64,000 nucleotides of DNA from Oscillospiraceae bacterium (GCA_015065215.1 SVQT01000002.1:29595-93594); one strand, 5' to 3'. Counted from the first letter of the stretch, positions 53,531 to 63,604 are shown. Notes: generated by a model not told the origin, from the letters alone. Numbers and translations are program-made.

Positions 53531-53622
53531 CATAGAAATCAGGGGTGCTGTCAAATAAGACGGCTGAGATGGGCAATTGTCCGAACCCTTAACCTGATAC
53601 GGATAATGCCGGCGTAGGGAGA
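53531..53622 (+). promoter_or_regulatory. TPP (THI-box) riboswitch aptamer
   Basis: Conserved elements in order: CAGGGGUGC, GGCUGAGA, ACCCUUAACCUGAUACGGAUAAUGCCGGCGUAGGGA. Confidence 0.92.
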
Positions 53623-53640
53623 GATCGAGGGAAATATCTT

Positions 53641-53680
53641 TTACCGCACGGAGATTTTCGTGCGGTAAATTTTATTTTTT
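53641..53680 (+). terminator. riboswitch expression-platform terminator
   Basis: TTACCGCACG / CGTGCGGTAA stem followed by ATTTTATTTTTT, directly before the thiT RBS. Confidence 0.85.
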
Positions 53681-53690
53681 GGAGGTTTTT

Positions 53691-54593
53691 ATGAGAGAAA
53701 AAAGAAACGCGACTTTGCAAAACACCAAGCGCTTGGTAGAAAGCGCCTTGATGGTAGCGGTTGCCACAGCGCTCAGCCTTTTTACCGTTGTGCAGATGCC
53801 GTATGGCGGCTCGGTAACGGTGGCCTCTATGCTACCCATTCTTTTGATCGCCTATCGGCACGGTCTTGGTTGGGGGCTTGGCACCGGCGTGGTTTACGCG
53901 GTTTTGCAGCAATTGCTCGGGCTCTCGAATCTGAGCTACTTTACCACCTGGCAGTCGATTGTTGCCATTATCCTGCTCGATTACCTGCTCGCCTTTACCG
54001 TAGCGGGGCTTGGCGGCGTGTTCCGTCAAGTGATCAAGCAACAGAATTGGGCCTTGGTCTGCGGCGCGCTGCTGGCTTCGGTCTTGCGCTACGCCTGCCA
54101 TGTGATTTCGGGTGCCACCGTTTGGGCGGGGCTTTCCATTCCTACCCAGGCGGCGCTGCTCTATTCCTTTGGCTATAACGCCACCTATATGATCCCCGAA
54201 ACAATCGTTTTGGTTCTGGCGGCCTTTTATTTGGGCTCGGTGCTGGATTTCCGCCGTGAGCAACCGGTCCGCATGAGCTTGGAGCACGGCAACAGGCTAA
54301 GCTCCGGTCTTACCGCTGCTGTCGCGGCGCTGGGTGTGATCGTTGCCGCTGTGGATGTGGTTTTGATTGCGCCGCATATGCAGAATGCCGAGAGTGGCGC
54401 GTTTGACTTCAGCGGCTTTGCGGTAGAGAGCTTTGTGGATAGCTTTTGGCTCCCCGTGGTTATTGTCACCGTGATCGGTGTCGCTACGGCGTTGGGCTTG
54501 CTGATCGCCAAAAAGCGTCTGTCGGCGCAGAGCGCAACGGCCGATGGCGGCAATGCCCTGGAAATCGCATCAGAATTGGACAAGGATGCGTAA
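53691..54593 (+). CDS. thiT: thiamine transporter ThiT (ECF S-component type) with C-terminal two-TM extension
   Basis: It lies under a TPP riboswitch. The ThiT-like N-terminal region of about 190 aa includes LVESALMVAVATALSLF and MLPILLIAYRHGLGWG. RBS is GGAGG. Confidence 0.8.
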   Translation: MREKRNATLQNTKRLVESALMVAVATALSLFTVVQMPYGGSVTVASMLPILLIAYRHGLGWGLGTGVVYAVLQQLLGLSNLSYFTTWQSIVAIILLDYLLAFTVAGLGGVFRQVIKQQNWALVCGALLASVLRYACHVISGATVWAGLSIPTQAALLYSFGYNATYMIPETIVLVLAAFYLGSVLDFRREQPVRMSLEHGNRLSSGLTAAVAALGVIVAAVDVVLIAPHMQNAESGAFDFSGFAVESFVDSFWLPVVIVTVIGVATALGLLIAKKRLSAQSATADGGNALEIASELDKDA

Positions 54594-54680
54594 AAAGAAA
54601 GTTGATTTTAGACAAATAAAAAAGGAAACTGGAAATTCCCATTAAAAACTTGGAATTGCGCAAACTCCCTCTATGCGCAA

Positions 54681-54724
54681 AAAGAGCGAACACAACAGAT
54701 CTTGCTGCTGTGTTCGCTTTTTTT
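54681..54724. terminator. bidirectional terminator between thiT and the AraC gene
   Basis: GCGAACACAACAG / CTGCTGTGTTCGC flanked by an A-run and a T-run. Confidence 0.75.
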
Positions 54725-54788
54725 GCTGTTTCGTCGCTGTGCTTCTTGCGCAAATCCCGAAAGGGATTTATGTCGTTGCGGCGTTTTC

Positions 54789-55628
54789 TCATTCAGCGGA
54801 ACCGCCCTTGGCTTCCGATACGTGGAGCGCAAGATATTTGCGAGGGGGCATCCCCAGATGCTTTTTAAAGCAACGAATCATATTGCAAGCATCGTGGAAC
54901 CCGCAAAGCCTGGCGGCCTCCGGCTCGCTTTCGCCTGACTGCAATTTTTTGATGGCACGGCGAAGTCGATAGCGAGTGATGTATTCATTTAAAGTAGAGC
55001 CGGTGTGCTTTTTAAAGTTGGTCATCAAGGCGGTGCGGCTAACATGTAATTTCCAGGCCAGCTCCTCCGCCACCAGCCGCTCGGCGTAATGTTCACTGAT
55101 ATAGTCGAGCGCCCCTGAGATAAAAGGGGGGAGCGCTGTCGGTGTCGCGTTGGAAGGGTTGGCGCCCTTTGCCAGCGAGAGAAAATAAAGCAAAAGTAAT
55201 TTTTGCCGAAAGAGATCCTGTTCCGCTTTGATGGCCTGGATCAGTGACAGAAAGGTTTCGGCTTCTGTCACAGTCAGCTCCAGCACAACCCCATTTTTGC
55301 CAAAGGCCGGCAGCAGGGATTGCAGATCGTCGGCATGATCGGCCAGAAAATCGTTCGAAAAAAGCAGATTGTGACGGCGGTAGAGCTGGTCCGGCCGGCA
55401 AACGATATAATGCGGTGTACGGGGGCGAAGCAGCACCAGGCGGCAGCGGTCGCTTTGTTCGGCTCTGTCTGAGAGCAGAACCTTTACATTGCCCGAAAGA
55501 ATCAGGCTGATCTCATAGTAATCATGCATGTGGTAGTCGGTCATCTGGGGGCGGTGGCCTTCGTAATAGTCGGTGGTGATGTGCTGCCACGCGGTGCCGT
55601 AGCCGTATTGCTCCAGTCTGGTTGCCAT
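54789..55628 (-). CDS. AraC-family transcriptional regulator
   Basis: C-terminal HTH_18 (EELAWKLHVSRTALMTNFKKHTGSTLNEYITRYRLRRAIKKL). Start is ATG 55628 after AAAGGAG. Confidence 0.9.
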   Translation of the reverse strand: MATRLEQYGYGTAWQHITTDYYEGHRPQMTDYHMHDYYEISLILSGNVKVLLSDRAEQSDRCRLVLLRPRTPHYIVCRPDQLYRRHNLLFSNDFLADHADDLQSLLPAFGKNGVVLELTVTEAETFLSLIQAIKAEQDLFRQKLLLLYFLSLAKGANPSNATPTALPPFISGALDYISEHYAERLVAEELAWKLHVSRTALMTNFKKHTGSTLNEYITRYRLRRAIKKLQSGESEPEAARLCGFHDACNMIRCFKKHLGMPPRKYLALHVSEAKGGSAE

Positions 55629-55767
55629 AGCGCGCTCCTTTTTGCTTGATGCGTTTATTGTAGCACAAGGGGATGCAAAATTCAACCGAAATGCCAAAAA
55701 AGAATGACATTCTGAAAAAACGGGCCGAAATACTGAACGATGTGCTAAAAATACGTACGAAAAGATA

Positions 55768-55796
55768 TTGCGCGAAACGCTTTTATGCTTTATAAT
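55768..55796 (+). promoter_or_regulatory. sigma-A promoter of the hexuronide operon
   Basis: TTGCGC (55768-55773), 17 nt, TATAAT (55791-55796). Confidence 0.6.
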
Positions 55797-55822
55797 ATTA
55801 ATAGCTAAAAAGGAGGCCGCAC

Positions 55823-57535
55823 ATGAACAGATTGTTTGATGAGCATGAAAAAAGAGCCGTCCGCTCGCTGGACGGCACCTGGAAGTTCTGCGCCGATCCG
55901 CAAGACGAGGGGGAGGCCCGGGGCTATGCGCAAGGGCTGCCGGAGGGCACCCACGTAACTGTTCCCGGCGTCTGGAACACTGAGCTGGGACTGCTTGACT
56001 ATGAGGGCGTTGCCTGGTATGAAAAGCGCTTCTTCACCGAGGGCGGCACGCTGCGTTTTCGCTTTGGCGCGGTGATGACCGAGGCCAAGGTCTACCTGGA
56101 TGGGGAAGCGCTTGGTGATCATTATGGCGGCTTTTGCCAGTTTGATTTTGTCGTGCGTGACGTTACCCCCGGCTATCATGTGCTCACCGTGCGGGTGGAT
56201 AACCGCTTCGACGCGCGATCCATCCCGCAAAAGAAGGTGGACTGGTACCACTATGGCGGCATCACCCGCAGTGTTTCTATAGAGCGTTTGCAGGGAATCT
56301 GCGCCCTTTATCAGCAGTTTGACTATACACTGTCCGCCGATCTGACGGCAGCTGTGTGTCATTCCACCATCGAACTTTACAATGCCGCGGGCCGGAAAAG
56401 CAAGACCCGTTTACGCCTTTTTGTGGATGGCGCAGAGGTTTTCGCCGCGGACGTTTTCCTGCAAGCGGGGGAGAGTAAGACCCTGATCACCCCCGACTTT
56501 TCGCTTTCGGATATTCGCCTGTGGGATGTGCTGGCGCCGCAACTGTACGATCTGCGTGTTGTAACCGATACCGATGACCTGATCGACCGTGTCGGCTTTC
56601 GTCTGGTCGAGGCCAAGGAGGGTAAAATCCTGCTCAACGGCCGTGAAATCGAGCTGAGGGGCATCAACCGCCACGAGGACCACCCCGATTGGGGCATGGC
56701 GTTTCCGCAGGGGCTGATGAAGCGCGACCTGGATATTGTACTGAATATGGGATGTAATACAGTGCGTGGCTCGCATTATCCCAATTCCCGCGCCTTTTTG
56801 GATATGCTGGATGAAACCGGCGTGCTGTTCTGGAGCGAGATCCCGATCTGGGGATGCGGCTTCGCGCCCGAGACATTGGCCGACCCCGCGGTGATCGAGC
56901 GGGGGCTTGCGATGCACCGTGAAATGGCGCGCTACTACTACAATCACCCATCTATCGTCATTTGGGGCACCCATAACGAGATCCGCAGCGACCTGCCTGA
57001 ATCGGTGGAGATGTCCAAGCAATACTACGAATATCTGAAGGCAAACGGCGGCAACCGCCTGGTGACCTTTGCCAGCAATATGGTGATGGATAGCATTTGC
57101 TACGCATACTGCGATGTGATCAGCCTTAATGTCTATATCGGCTGGTACGGCAGCAAGCCGCTTGAAGCGTGGGGCGGATTCCTTGACAGCTTCCGTCACA
57201 AACGCGCGGAGCTTGGCATGGAGCACAAGGCCGTTGTGATGAGCGAATTCGGCGGTGCCGCCATTTACGGCCACCACACCTTTGATGATCTTAAGGGGAC
57301 TGAGGAGTATCAGGCTAAGCTGCTCGCGTATTGTCTGGAGCTGTTCCATGCGGATCCTATGATCGCGGGCACCTACATCTGGCAGTTCTGTGACATCCGC
57401 ACCGCGCCCCAGATGGGGCTTGACCGCGCCCGAAGCTATAATAACAAGGGTATTGTCAATGAATACAGAAGGCCAAAAATGTCATATCATGCTGTAAAAG
57501 CGCTCTATCATCGCTTTGCTAAGGAGGGAAAATAA
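55823..57535 (+). CDS. uidA: GH2 beta-hexuronidase (beta-glucuronidase family)
   Basis: NRHEDH, WGTHNEI (acid/base Glu), MSEFGG (nucleophile Glu), and YNNKGIVNEYRRPK (the NxK motif that recognises the uronate carboxylate). Confidence 0.85.
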   Translation: MNRLFDEHEKRAVRSLDGTWKFCADPQDEGEARGYAQGLPEGTHVTVPGVWNTELGLLDYEGVAWYEKRFFTEGGTLRFRFGAVMTEAKVYLDGEALGDHYGGFCQFDFVVRDVTPGYHVLTVRVDNRFDARSIPQKKVDWYHYGGITRSVSIERLQGICALYQQFDYTLSADLTAAVCHSTIELYNAAGRKSKTRLRLFVDGAEVFAADVFLQAGESKTLITPDFSLSDIRLWDVLAPQLYDLRVVTDTDDLIDRVGFRLVEAKEGKILLNGREIELRGINRHEDHPDWGMAFPQGLMKRDLDIVLNMGCNTVRGSHYPNSRAFLDMLDETGVLFWSEIPIWGCGFAPETLADPAVIERGLAMHREMARYYYNHPSIVIWGTHNEIRSDLPESVEMSKQYYEYLKANGGNRLVTFASNMVMDSICYAYCDVISLNVYIGWYGSKPLEAWGGFLDSFRHKRAELGMEHKAVVMSEFGGAAIYGHHTFDDLKGTEEYQAKLLAYCLELFHADPMIAGTYIWQFCDIRTAPQMGLDRARSYNNKGIVNEYRRPKMSYHAVKALYHRFAKEGK

Positions 57536-58827
57536 TGGAACATATCAAGTCAATGGATAAGGGCAACCGCCCGATTCGCGTGATTCAGTTCGGCGGCGGC
57601 GTGTTCATGCGCGGCTTTTTCGACTGGATGATCCAAAAGGCCAACGATGCCGGTGTTTATGACGGTAGCGTGATGCTTGTGCGCAGCAAGACCCGGGGGA
57701 CCGACCCTCTGGCGGTGCAAAACTACAACTATACCCAGGTGCTGCGCGACGGAGAGCATTGTGATATTACGGCAGTGACCTCGATCGCCGGTTCGGTTGC
57801 GGCGGAGGAGCAGTACGAGGCGTTTTTGGCGCTGGCCGAGCTGCCGGAGGCTGAGGTAGTGGTCTCCAACACCACAGAAGCCGGCATACGGTATGAGAAA
57901 TGTACCCGCCCCACCGATAAATGCCCCGAGAGCTACCCGGCAAAGCTGACCGCGCTTTTGTACCGCCGCTATCAAAAGGGCGGGGACGGTATGCTGATCT
58001 TGCCCTTGGAGCTCATCGAGAACAACGGCGATACGCTCCGCGGCTACGTGCTACAGCACGCTGCCGATTGGGGCTTGGAAAAGGAATTTGCGGACTGGAT
58101 ACAAAGCGCCTGCTCTTTTCGCAATACCTTGGTAGACCGCATTGTTTCGGGCTTGGTGCCCAAGGGGGAGATTGCCCTGCCGTATGAGGATGATATGGTC
58201 AATACCGGCGAGTATTTCCATCTGTTGGTTATTGAGGGCGAGGAGGATCCTCGTTTACCCTTCTTTTCGGCAGGCATAAATATCAAATGGGTCCCCTCTG
58301 TGACCCCCTACCGCACCATCAAGGTGCGCATTCTGAACGGCGCCCATACATCTATGATTCCATACGCCCGCCTTCTGGGCGTGGAAACGGTACGTGAATG
58401 CTTAGAAAATGATACCGTTGCGGCACATTTGCGCAAATGTCTGGAGGAAATCATCGCGTCCCTTTCGGTGGACGGGGGTGAGGCAAGAGCCTATGCCGCC
58501 GAGGTGATCAGCCGTTTTTCCAACCCCTTTATCTGCCACCGCACGGCGGCCATTGCCCTGCATTCGGCAGATAAATTCGTGGTGCGCGTGCTGCCTTCTA
58601 TTCTGGAATACAGGCAAAAATACGGTAAGAACCCCACACAGCTGGTCTTTTCGTTGGCGATGCTCGTTTACTATTTGAAGGCAGAGGGCGATGGGGACGC
58701 GCTTTTGCCCGAAAGCCTGCAAGGAAAGAGCGTCGCCGATATTCTGGCGGATACTGACCTGTTTGGCGGCGTGAGCCTTGCCGAGTTTGCCGAGGAGGTG
58801 GAGCGCTATGCGGATCCACGCGGATGA
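57535..58827 (+). CDS. uxaB: tagaturonate reductase (altronate oxidoreductase)
   Basis: Co-linear with E. coli UxaB: IQFGGGVFMRGFFDW, SNTTEAGI, SYPAKLTALLYRRY, LELIENNGDTLR and FRNTLVDRIVSG. Confidence 0.88.
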   Translation: MEHIKSMDKGNRPIRVIQFGGGVFMRGFFDWMIQKANDAGVYDGSVMLVRSKTRGTDPLAVQNYNYTQVLRDGEHCDITAVTSIAGSVAAEEQYEAFLALAELPEAEVVVSNTTEAGIRYEKCTRPTDKCPESYPAKLTALLYRRYQKGGDGMLILPLELIENNGDTLRGYVLQHAADWGLEKEFADWIQSACSFRNTLVDRIVSGLVPKGEIALPYEDDMVNTGEYFHLLVIEGEEDPRLPFFSAGINIKWVPSVTPYRTIKVRILNGAHTSMIPYARLLGVETVRECLENDTVAAHLRKCLEEIIASLSVDGGEARAYAAEVISRFSNPFICHRTAAIALHSADKFVVRVLPSILEYRQKYGKNPTQLVFSLAMLVYYLKAEGDGDALLPESLQGKSVADILADTDLFGGVSLAEFAEEVERYADPRG

Positions 58828-60190
58828 CACTGTTGAAGTGCGGGAGGACGGGCAAAAATATGCCCTTCGCCCGATTGCCAAAGGGGAAGATGTGATCAAA
58901 TACGGCTTTCCGATCGGCCATGCCGTGGCCCCCATCGCCGCGGGAGAGCGTGTAGATGCCACCAACCTGAAAAGCAACCTGTCGGGGCTTGGGGATTGGC
59001 AGTATAAGCCCTTTGAAAAGCCGGCTGACGGTATGAAAAACGGCAGCTTTATGGGCTATCTGCGCGCGGATGGCCGTGTGGGCATCCGCAATGAAATTTG
59101 GATCATTCCCACGGTGGGCTGCGCTGCCGGTGTGGCAAGACTTTTGGCTGAAAAAAGCGGGGGCGCCGCGCGGGCGTTTTCTCACCCTTACGGATGCTCT
59201 CAATTGGGGGGAGATCTGCTGAGAACGCAACAGGTGCTCAGCGGTCTTTGCCATCACCCCAACGCGGGCGCTGTGCTGGTGCTTGGTCTTGGCTGTGAGA
59301 ACAACGGCATTGACCGCATGAGAGCGGTTTTGGGAGAATACGACCCCCAACGTGTTGCGTTTTTGAACTTGCAGGACTGCGAGGATGAGATGGCGGAGGG
59401 CCTTGCCATCCTTGCGGAGCTCAAACGCGTGATCGCCGGCGACCGACGCGTACCGGTGCCGATCTCCAAGCTGGCCATCGCCGTAAAATGCGGCGGCAGT
59501 GACGGCTACAGCGGCATTACCGCAAACCCCTTGGTGGGCTTGGTGGCAGATGCCTTTGCCGCCCATGGCGCACGGGTGCTGATGACCGAAATACCGGAGG
59601 TGTTCGGCGCGGAGGAAATACTCCTGTCAAGGGCGGTTTCCAAAGAGGTTTTTGAGGATGCCGCAGGCATCATTCGCGATTTCAGGGGCTACTTTATCCG
59701 TCATGGAGAGGGGATCGCCGACAATCCCTCTCCCGGCAATATCGCGGGCGGTATCAGCACGTTAGAGGAAAAGTCGCTTGGTTGCGTGCAAAAGGGCGGC
59801 AAGGTGCCTCTTTGCGGTGCCCTGCGCTACGGCGATACCCTGCCCGAGGCCGGGGGGCTTTATCTGGTAGACGGCCCCGGCAACGATCAGGTGGCCATTA
59901 CCAATCTGACGGCCGCCGGTGCCCATTTGGTTCTGTTTACCACCGGGCGGGGAACGCCGCTTTGCGCGCCGATCCCGACCTTAAAGATCGCAACCAACAG
60001 CGCGCTGGCAAAAAAGAAGAAGCATTGGATCGATTTTGATGCCGGCGCGCTGTTGACGGGTGCGGATCGCGACACGCTTTGCCGCGCGCTGTTTGATCTT
60101 TGCCTCAAGACTGCCGAGGGGCAGGAGAGCAAGGGCGAGCTGGCCGGCTATGCGGATATTGCTATTTTTAAGGACGGCGTGACCTTATAA
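58808..60190 (+). CDS. uxaA: altronate dehydratase (UxaA/GarD family)
   Basis: SAF-like N-terminus (ALRPIAKGEDVIKYGFPIGHA) plus a GD_AH_C body. Start is ATG 58808, 7 nt after GAGGAGGTG. Confidence 0.85.
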   Translation: MRIHADDTVEVREDGQKYALRPIAKGEDVIKYGFPIGHAVAPIAAGERVDATNLKSNLSGLGDWQYKPFEKPADGMKNGSFMGYLRADGRVGIRNEIWIIPTVGCAAGVARLLAEKSGGAARAFSHPYGCSQLGGDLLRTQQVLSGLCHHPNAGAVLVLGLGCENNGIDRMRAVLGEYDPQRVAFLNLQDCEDEMAEGLAILAELKRVIAGDRRVPVPISKLAIAVKCGGSDGYSGITANPLVGLVADAFAAHGARVLMTEIPEVFGAEEILLSRAVSKEVFEDAAGIIRDFRGYFIRHGEGIADNPSPGNIAGGISTLEEKSLGCVQKGGKVPLCGALRYGDTLPEAGGLYLVDGPGNDQVAITNLTAAGAHLVLFTTGRGTPLCAPIPTLKIATNSALAKKKKHWIDFDAGALLTGADRDTLCRALFDLCLKTAEGQESKGELAGYADIAIFKDGVTL

Positions 60191-60273
60191 CATCGCGCGG
60201 GAGGAGAGGACTGTATATAAAAATTATCCGCACTGTCGTTGGGGCACCTTGCTTTTTGACACCGGATGATGCA

Positions 60274-60302
60274 AGCGCGCGGCCGCGGCCGTGCGCTTTT
60301 TG
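60274..60302 (+). terminator. intrinsic terminator after uxaA
   Basis: AGCGCGCGGCC / GGCCGTGCGCT followed by TTTTT. Confidence 0.7.
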
Positions 60303-60303
60303 C

Positions 60304-60332
60304 TTGACAATTTTCGCTTTCTATGATATGAT
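60304..60332 (+). promoter_or_regulatory. sigma-A promoter of rimO-pgsA
   Basis: TTGACA (60304-60309), 17 nt, TATGAT (60327-60332), with extended -10 TGa. Confidence 0.7.
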
Positions 60333-60362
60333 ATTAAAAGCATCATAAGAAAGGCGCATGAA

Positions 60363-61721
60363 ATGAAAATTGGATTTATTTCGCTTGGCTGTCCCAAAAA
60401 CCAACTGGATACTGAGGTCATGCTACACGAGCTGATGGCGGCCGGTCACGAAATTACCCCGGATGAAACCGAAGCGGATATTGTTGTCGTCAACACCTGC
60501 GCGTTTATCGAGAGCGCAAAAAAAGAAGCGATCGACAATATTTTGGATGTGGCTTGGCTCAAAGAAAATCGCTCTCTGCGTGCCATTATTGTCACAGGCT
60601 GTCTCGCTGAGCGCTACCGTGAAGAGATTTTTGCGGAGCTCCCTGAGGTCGATGCCCTGCTTGGCGTTGGCAGTATTCACAATATCGTAAAGGCCGTTGA
60701 GGATGTGCAAAAGCGATGGGAGAACAAAAAGCACCCCAAATACGCCTCTTTTGAGGATAAAAATACTGTCAGACTGGGTGGCGACCGTGTGCTGACCACC
60801 CCCGAATACTATAGCTATCTCAAAATCGGCGAGGGCTGTGACAACTGCTGTACCTACTGTGCCATTCCCGCAATCCGCGGCCGCTTTCGCAGTCGCCCGA
60901 TCGAGGACCTGGTGGCTGAGGCAAAGGATCTGGACGCTTTGGGCGTGAAGGAGCTGAATATCGTGGCTCAGGATGTGACACGCTACGGTCAGGACTTGTA
61001 TGGCTCCTATCAGCTGCACACGCTGCTGCGCCGTATTACGGAGGAAACCAATATTCCCTGGATCCGCTTGCTTTACTGCTATCCCGATAAAATTACCGAT
61101 GAGCTGATTGCCGAGATCCGTGATAACGACCGCGTGGTGAAGTATATTGATATGCCGTTGCAGCACATTTCTGACCCGATCCTGCGTGCGATGAACCGTC
61201 ACGGCGACAGCGCTATGATCACAAGCGTGATTGAAAAGCTCCGCCGTGAGATACCGGATATTACCATCCGCACAACCTTTATTGTAGGTTTCCCGGGGGA
61301 AACGGAGGCGGATTTTGAGCAGCTTTGTCAATTTGTGGAAGATACGAAATTTGAACACATGGGCGTGTTTGCGTATTCCCCTGAGGAGGGAACCGCCGCG
61401 GCCAAAATGGCGAACCAGATCGACGAACAGCTCAAACAGGATCGCGCGGATATTTTGATGAGAGCGCAAATGGAGATTACAGCCGCGCAAAACGAAAAAA
61501 AGATCGGCAGCACCGTCCGTGTGCTGGTAGAGGATTTTGACCCTGTCAGTGAAGCGCATTTCGGCCGTTCCGCGGCTGATGCCCCTGAAATCGACGGCAA
61601 GGTGTATTTCAAGGCGGACCGCCGTGTCGCGCCCGGTAGTATGATTGACGTCAAGGTGCGTGAGGTGCTGGATTACGATCTGTACGGCCGTGGGATGATA
61701 CCAAAGGAGAAAACGCGATGA
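60363..61721 (+). CDS. rimO: ribosomal protein S12 methylthiotransferase
   Basis: MTTase N-domain LGCPKN, radical-SAM CDNCCTYC, and a C-terminal TRAM domain. Confidence 0.93.
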   Translation: MKIGFISLGCPKNQLDTEVMLHELMAAGHEITPDETEADIVVVNTCAFIESAKKEAIDNILDVAWLKENRSLRAIIVTGCLAERYREEIFAELPEVDALLGVGSIHNIVKAVEDVQKRWENKKHPKYASFEDKNTVRLGGDRVLTTPEYYSYLKIGEGCDNCCTYCAIPAIRGRFRSRPIEDLVAEAKDLDALGVKELNIVAQDVTRYGQDLYGSYQLHTLLRRITEETNIPWIRLLYCYPDKITDELIAEIRDNDRVVKYIDMPLQHISDPILRAMNRHGDSAMITSVIEKLRREIPDITIRTTFIVGFPGETEADFEQLCQFVEDTKFEHMGVFAYSPEEGTAAAKMANQIDEQLKQDRADILMRAQMEITAAQNEKKIGSTVRVLVEDFDPVSEAHFGRSAADAPEIDGKVYFKADRRVAPGSMIDVKVREVLDYDLYGRGMIPKEKTR

Positions 61722-62365
61722 GTAAAATGAACTTGCCCAATAAGCTGACCATGTTCCGCCTTTTTATGGTGCCCGTGATGACGGTATTTTTGCTCTTGCC
61801 GGACAGCGTGATCCCTTGGGAATGGGCGTTTGGCGCGGGTCTTGTGATCTTTGGCCTGACCTCGCTGACCGATATGCTGGATGGCAAGATTGCCCGCGCC
61901 AGAAACCTGATCACCAACTTTGGCAAATTCATGGATCCTGTGGCTGATAAGTTTATGGTGATCGGTACCATGCTGGCCATGCTGTTTCGCATGATGAATC
62001 CGGAGCTGTATGGGGTTCGCTACCAAACGGCATTTGTGACCGTCTATTTTGTAGCGGTGGTGCTGGTGATCTTTCGTGAGCTGGCCATTACCTCGCTGCG
62101 CTTGGTATTGCTCAACGCCAACGGAAAAGTGGTTGCCGCCAATATGCTGGGTAAGATCAAAACTGTTTGCCAGATTGCCTGCATCTGTGTGCTCTTTATC
62201 GAGCCGCTGATTGAGGCTTTGGTGCTCCACTGCGGTGGAGGCGGTGCTTTGATCGGTGTGTACTTGGCCTGTTACATCACGGTTGGTCTTATGCTCATTT
62301 TCACGCTTTTATCCGGTTTTTACTATATCAAGGGTGGATGGAAGTTTATCTCTACTGATTGGTAA
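61718..62365 (+). CDS. pgsA: CDP-diacylglycerol--glycerol-3-phosphate 3-phosphatidyltransferase
   Basis: CDP-alcohol phosphatidyltransferase motif DMLDGKIARARNLITNFGKFMDPVADK. ATGA overlap with rimO. Confidence 0.93.
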   Translation: MSKMNLPNKLTMFRLFMVPVMTVFLLLPDSVIPWEWAFGAGLVIFGLTSLTDMLDGKIARARNLITNFGKFMDPVADKFMVIGTMLAMLFRMMNPELYGVRYQTAFVTVYFVAVVLVIFRELAITSLRLVLLNANGKVVAANMLGKIKTVCQIACICVLFIEPLIEALVLHCGGGGALIGVYLACYITVGLMLIFTLLSGFYYIKGGWKFISTDW

Positions 62366-62382
62366 AAGCCGCCAAACGGTAT

Positions 62383-62422
62383 AAAAAAAGGCGACAAATC
62401 ATGCGATTTGTCGCCTTTTTTT
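62383..62422. terminator. bidirectional terminator between pgsA and azlD
   Basis: AAAAAAAGGCGACAAATC ATGC GATTTGTCGCCTTTTTTT. Confidence 0.88.
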
Positions 62423-62471
62423 GCGGTCTTTAGGGCAGATAAACCACCACTTGAAGCAGTGGTCATGACTG

Positions 62472-62798
62472 TTAGAATACCAGTTGAACCAAAAGCATGT
62501 AAAGCAAAGTTCCGCCGGCTATGGAAAGCAACATTTTTTTGAAGGAAAGATGTAAAATCACAACTGCCGCAATGGCGATCAGCTCAGGGATACCGTGGCT
62601 CCACGTGACCAGACTGACATTTTTTAAGCAGTAGACAACCAATAGCCCGAAAACGGCAGGCGGTAGCGCTTTACCGAGATAGGAGATATACTTTGGGGTG
62701 GGTTTGTTGGCGGGAAAGACCCAAAAGGAGAGAAAACGGGTGAGCATGGTGGAGAGCGCGACGGTGCCGATGAGAATAAACTGCTGCGCGACTGTCAT
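62472..62798 (-). CDS. azlD: branched-chain amino acid transport protein AzlD
   Basis: 108-aa protein with 3-4 TM helices. ATGA overlap with azlC. Confidence 0.85.
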   Translation of the reverse strand: MTVAQQFILIGTVALSTMLTRFLSFWVFPANKPTPKYISYLGKALPPAVFGLLVVYCLKNVSLVTWSHGIPELIAIAAVVILHLSFKKMLLSIAGGTLLYMLLVQLVF

Positions 62799-63541
62799 TG
62801 CGGTAGTCCTCCTTTCTCCAAGGGCTTACGCAATAGGGTCAGCGCCAATAGGATCAGGCCCATCGCGGGGAGCAGAAAACGGTCAGGGCCAAAGATCAGC
62901 AGGGAAATGATGGGGAGCGCGAGTCCCAATAATTGGGGGAGGCGGTTGCTTTTTTTGCCCCATTGCTCTAAGAAAATAACCACGAACATGGCGGTCATCA
63001 CAAAGTCCAGCCCTTTGGTGTTGAAAGTGATCAGACTGCCAAAAACACCGCCAAGCGTGGCGCCGGCGATCCAATAGCACTGATTGAGCAGTGTCACAAA
63101 GAACATAAACCATCCCTTATCCACGCCCTCCGGCGGCTCGGTGGCATAATTGATCGAGAAGCTCTCGTCACACATACCGAAGATCAAATAGGGCTTTTTC
63201 CATCCCGTTTGGCGGTATTTATCCAACATAGAGATGCCATAAAAAATGTGGCGGGCGTTGATCATAAAGGTCATGAACACGGCCTGCAAGGGGTCAAACG
63301 CATCCAGCAACAGGGTGATCAGCACCATTTCCATCGAGCCCGCGAAGATGGTGATGCTGGTCAGTATCGGAAAATAAAACGGGAAGCCGGAGACCTTCAT
63401 TAGGATGCCGTAGGTCATACCCAAAAAAAGAAATCCGGCGCAAATAGGTAAGGTATGGGGAAATGCGCTCAAAAAGGCCTTGCGACGAAGGCCTGCCGCT
63501 TTTGGCGGCTTTGTTCGGTCGGGTGTGGGGGTACTCGCCAT
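62795..63541 (-). CDS. azlC: AzlC-family branched-chain amino acid transporter
   Basis: AzlC-like polytopic protein ([16 protein letters not shown]). RBS is AAGGAGA. Confidence 0.88.
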   Translation of the reverse strand: MASTPTPDRTKPPKAAGLRRKAFLSAFPHTLPICAGFLFLGMTYGILMKVSGFPFYFPILTSITIFAGSMEMVLITLLLDAFDPLQAVFMTFMINARHIFYGISMLDKYRQTGWKKPYLIFGMCDESFSINYATEPPEGVDKGWFMFFVTLLNQCYWIAGATLGGVFGSLITFNTKGLDFVMTAMFVVIFLEQWGKKSNRLPQLLGLALPIISLLIFGPDRFLLPAMGLILLALTLLRKPLEKGGLPQ

Positions 63542-63575
63542 AGCCGGTCTCCTTTCTTCGATTTTGAATGACAGT

Positions 63576-63604
63576 ATTATACATCAAACGATCGAAAATG
63601 TCAA
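63576..63604 (-). promoter_or_regulatory. sigma-A promoter of azlCD
   Basis: Minus strand reads TTGACA, 17 nt, TATAAT. Confidence 0.7.
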
